Program-made: the position numbers and the translations under genes
Source: Moniliella sp. 'wahieum'
Taxonomy: Eukaryota
Length of the DNA: 64,000 nt
Assembly (NCBI GenBank): GCA_003971905.1
Contig: RSEE01000117.1
Coordinates: 124,001 to 188,000, forward strand
Reading direction: 5' to 3'
Shown here: one piece after another, positions 62,505-64,000 of the stretch
How positions within the stretch are numbered: the first letter of the stretch is position 1
How the letters are laid out: every line of letters starts with the position of its first letter
The notes under the pieces: generated by a model
What the model was told of the DNA's origin: nothing
The model's input: the letters and a program-made list of their open reading frames with translations, nothing else
The model's database searches: none

Positions 62505-64000
62505 GGCAACACCAATCACAACCGCCACAACAGCAGCAACATCTGCCACCACAGCAACAGCAACAGCAACAGCATCCGCAACAGCAACAGCAACAGCGAC
62601 ACCAGCCCCCGCCAAACCAGCAGCGGCCGCCCAGCCAGGCCCACCCGCAGGCTCAGTCTTCGCCGTTTGCGCAAGGACTTGCGCCGCAGCCTCCTGCTCC
62701 TGCTCCGTCCATGTCCCAGTCGTCTCAGCCCATGCGCCAGCCTGTGCCCGCCCCCGGTTTGGCGCTCAATGGCGCGCCTGGCACCGTCGGAGCGCCGGGA
62801 GCACCGGGGGCACCAGGGGCAGCGAGGCCTGGACCCGGCGGGACGGCTGCACCGGGTGCGCCCGGTGCGCCGTCGGCACTGACGATTACGCCCGAGATGG
62901 TGGAGGAAGGACGTCGGGCGACGTTGATGGTGGAAGAGGCGGCGCAGCGGGACGCGGAAGCGCGTCCGTTCCAACCCATCTCGGACATGCCCGAGTCGGA
63001 AAAGATCCAGGTGGTAGCTTCGCTGAGCCAGCTGCGGCCACTGACAATGCTAGCGCGCGCGCTGCAGCGCGTTCTGTGGGCGCTGGACCAGCGCGGACTG
63101 GCTAGCAAGCAGTTGGCTCAGGTCCTGCTGCTGTTGCGCGAACAGATTCGCCTCGCGCCCCAGGGCATCTTTATCATCCGCTACGCCGACCTCGAGCCGC
63201 GCATGCTCCAGCTCCGCCGCATCATCCAGGTCGTCCGCGCCAAGGCGCCCGAGCACGTCCAGCACATCACCACCAGCGTCGGCGCCGCGCTCGGCTTCCC
63301 GCCGTCGCAGTCGCAGCCACCCGCGGCGCCGCCGCCAGCGTCCTCGCAGCCGCCGAACGCGGCGGGACAGGCTGTTCCGGCGCAGCTGCCGGCCGCGCAG
63401 GCGCAGGCGGCTCAGGCACAGGCCCAAGCGCAAGCCCGCGCGCAGGCGCAGGCGCGCGCACAAGCGCAAGCACAGGCCCAAGCGCAAGTGCAGGCCCAGG
63501 CACAGCAGGCCAAGCACAGGCACAGGCCAAAGCACACGCCCAGCGCAGGCGCAGGCAGCACAGCCGGCGGACAGTGGCACGGCACGCCGCCCCTGGCCGC
63601 GAAGCGGGCGTCGCTCGAGGCGAGCCGGGCAAGCCCGTGTCGAAGCGCGGGCGTAACCAGGCCGCCGCCACGCCCGCCATCGACCTCGGCCTCGACCTCG
63701 ACCCCGGGCCGTCGATGCTGCCTCCGGCCGCGCCGCTGTCGGCGCCGGACGATGCCGGTGCGTGGCAAGCGCGCCGCGCGGTGCGCGGCCGCGGCAGCGG
63801 GAAACGTGGTGCCAGAGCCACGCTTCGTCCCACTCGGTCTCGTCGATGCCCAGCCCGGCGCTCGCCTCTGCTGCCTCCCCCACGTTTTCCTCCTCCTCCA
63901 CCCTGTCGGGCATCAAGGCGTCCGTGGCGTGCCGGACTGGCGGCGGCACAGGCGGCGCTGCGACAGCCGTCCAACCTCTCCCCAAGGACCCAGCCGCCAT
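59867..64000 (+). CDS. Q/A/P-rich ARID-domain protein, runs off the window end (intron about 60951-61029)
   Basis: ARID-like segment at about 61763-62059: [15 protein letters not shown]...[34 protein letters not shown]...[16 protein letters not shown], flanked by polyQ and (QA)n tracts. Confidence 0.75.

Noticed and set aside
59852..62515. 887-aa minus-strand ORF and similar long antisense ORFs
   Set aside because: Shadow of the CAG/GCG-rich sense gene; high GC suppresses stop codons.

Overview
Eukaryotic, GC-rich fungal DNA, most likely a basidiomycete (short GT-AG introns with CTRAC branch points). Nearly every gene is broken by 1-nt indels, which points to an unpolished long-read assembly, so gene models below are stitched across frames. 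Bases 1 to about 10.3 kb are a gene-poor mosaic: a CCHC zinc-knuckle remnant, a 261-bp solo LTR with a 5-bp TSD, a degenerate tRNA heading a dispersed repeat, and palindromic short tandem arrays. The rest is gene-dense: a Ykt6-like longin gene, POL1, UTP20, KRI1, CPSF2/CFT2, arginase, histone H1, NUF2, a PCL-type cyclin, an H3 pseudogene, RPP1, an LCL3-like nuclease, XPF/RAD1, aspartate aminotransferase, a fungal membrane protein, a HAC1-like bZIP and a Q-rich ARID protein. The two most interesting signals are (1) a spliced Ykt6-derived longin gene that has lost the R-SNARE core but keeps a CaaX end, and (2) a twin-hairpin Ire1-type splice structure predicting a 19-nt unconventional intron in the bZIP gene. 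All family calls come from motif recognition by eye; no database searches were run.
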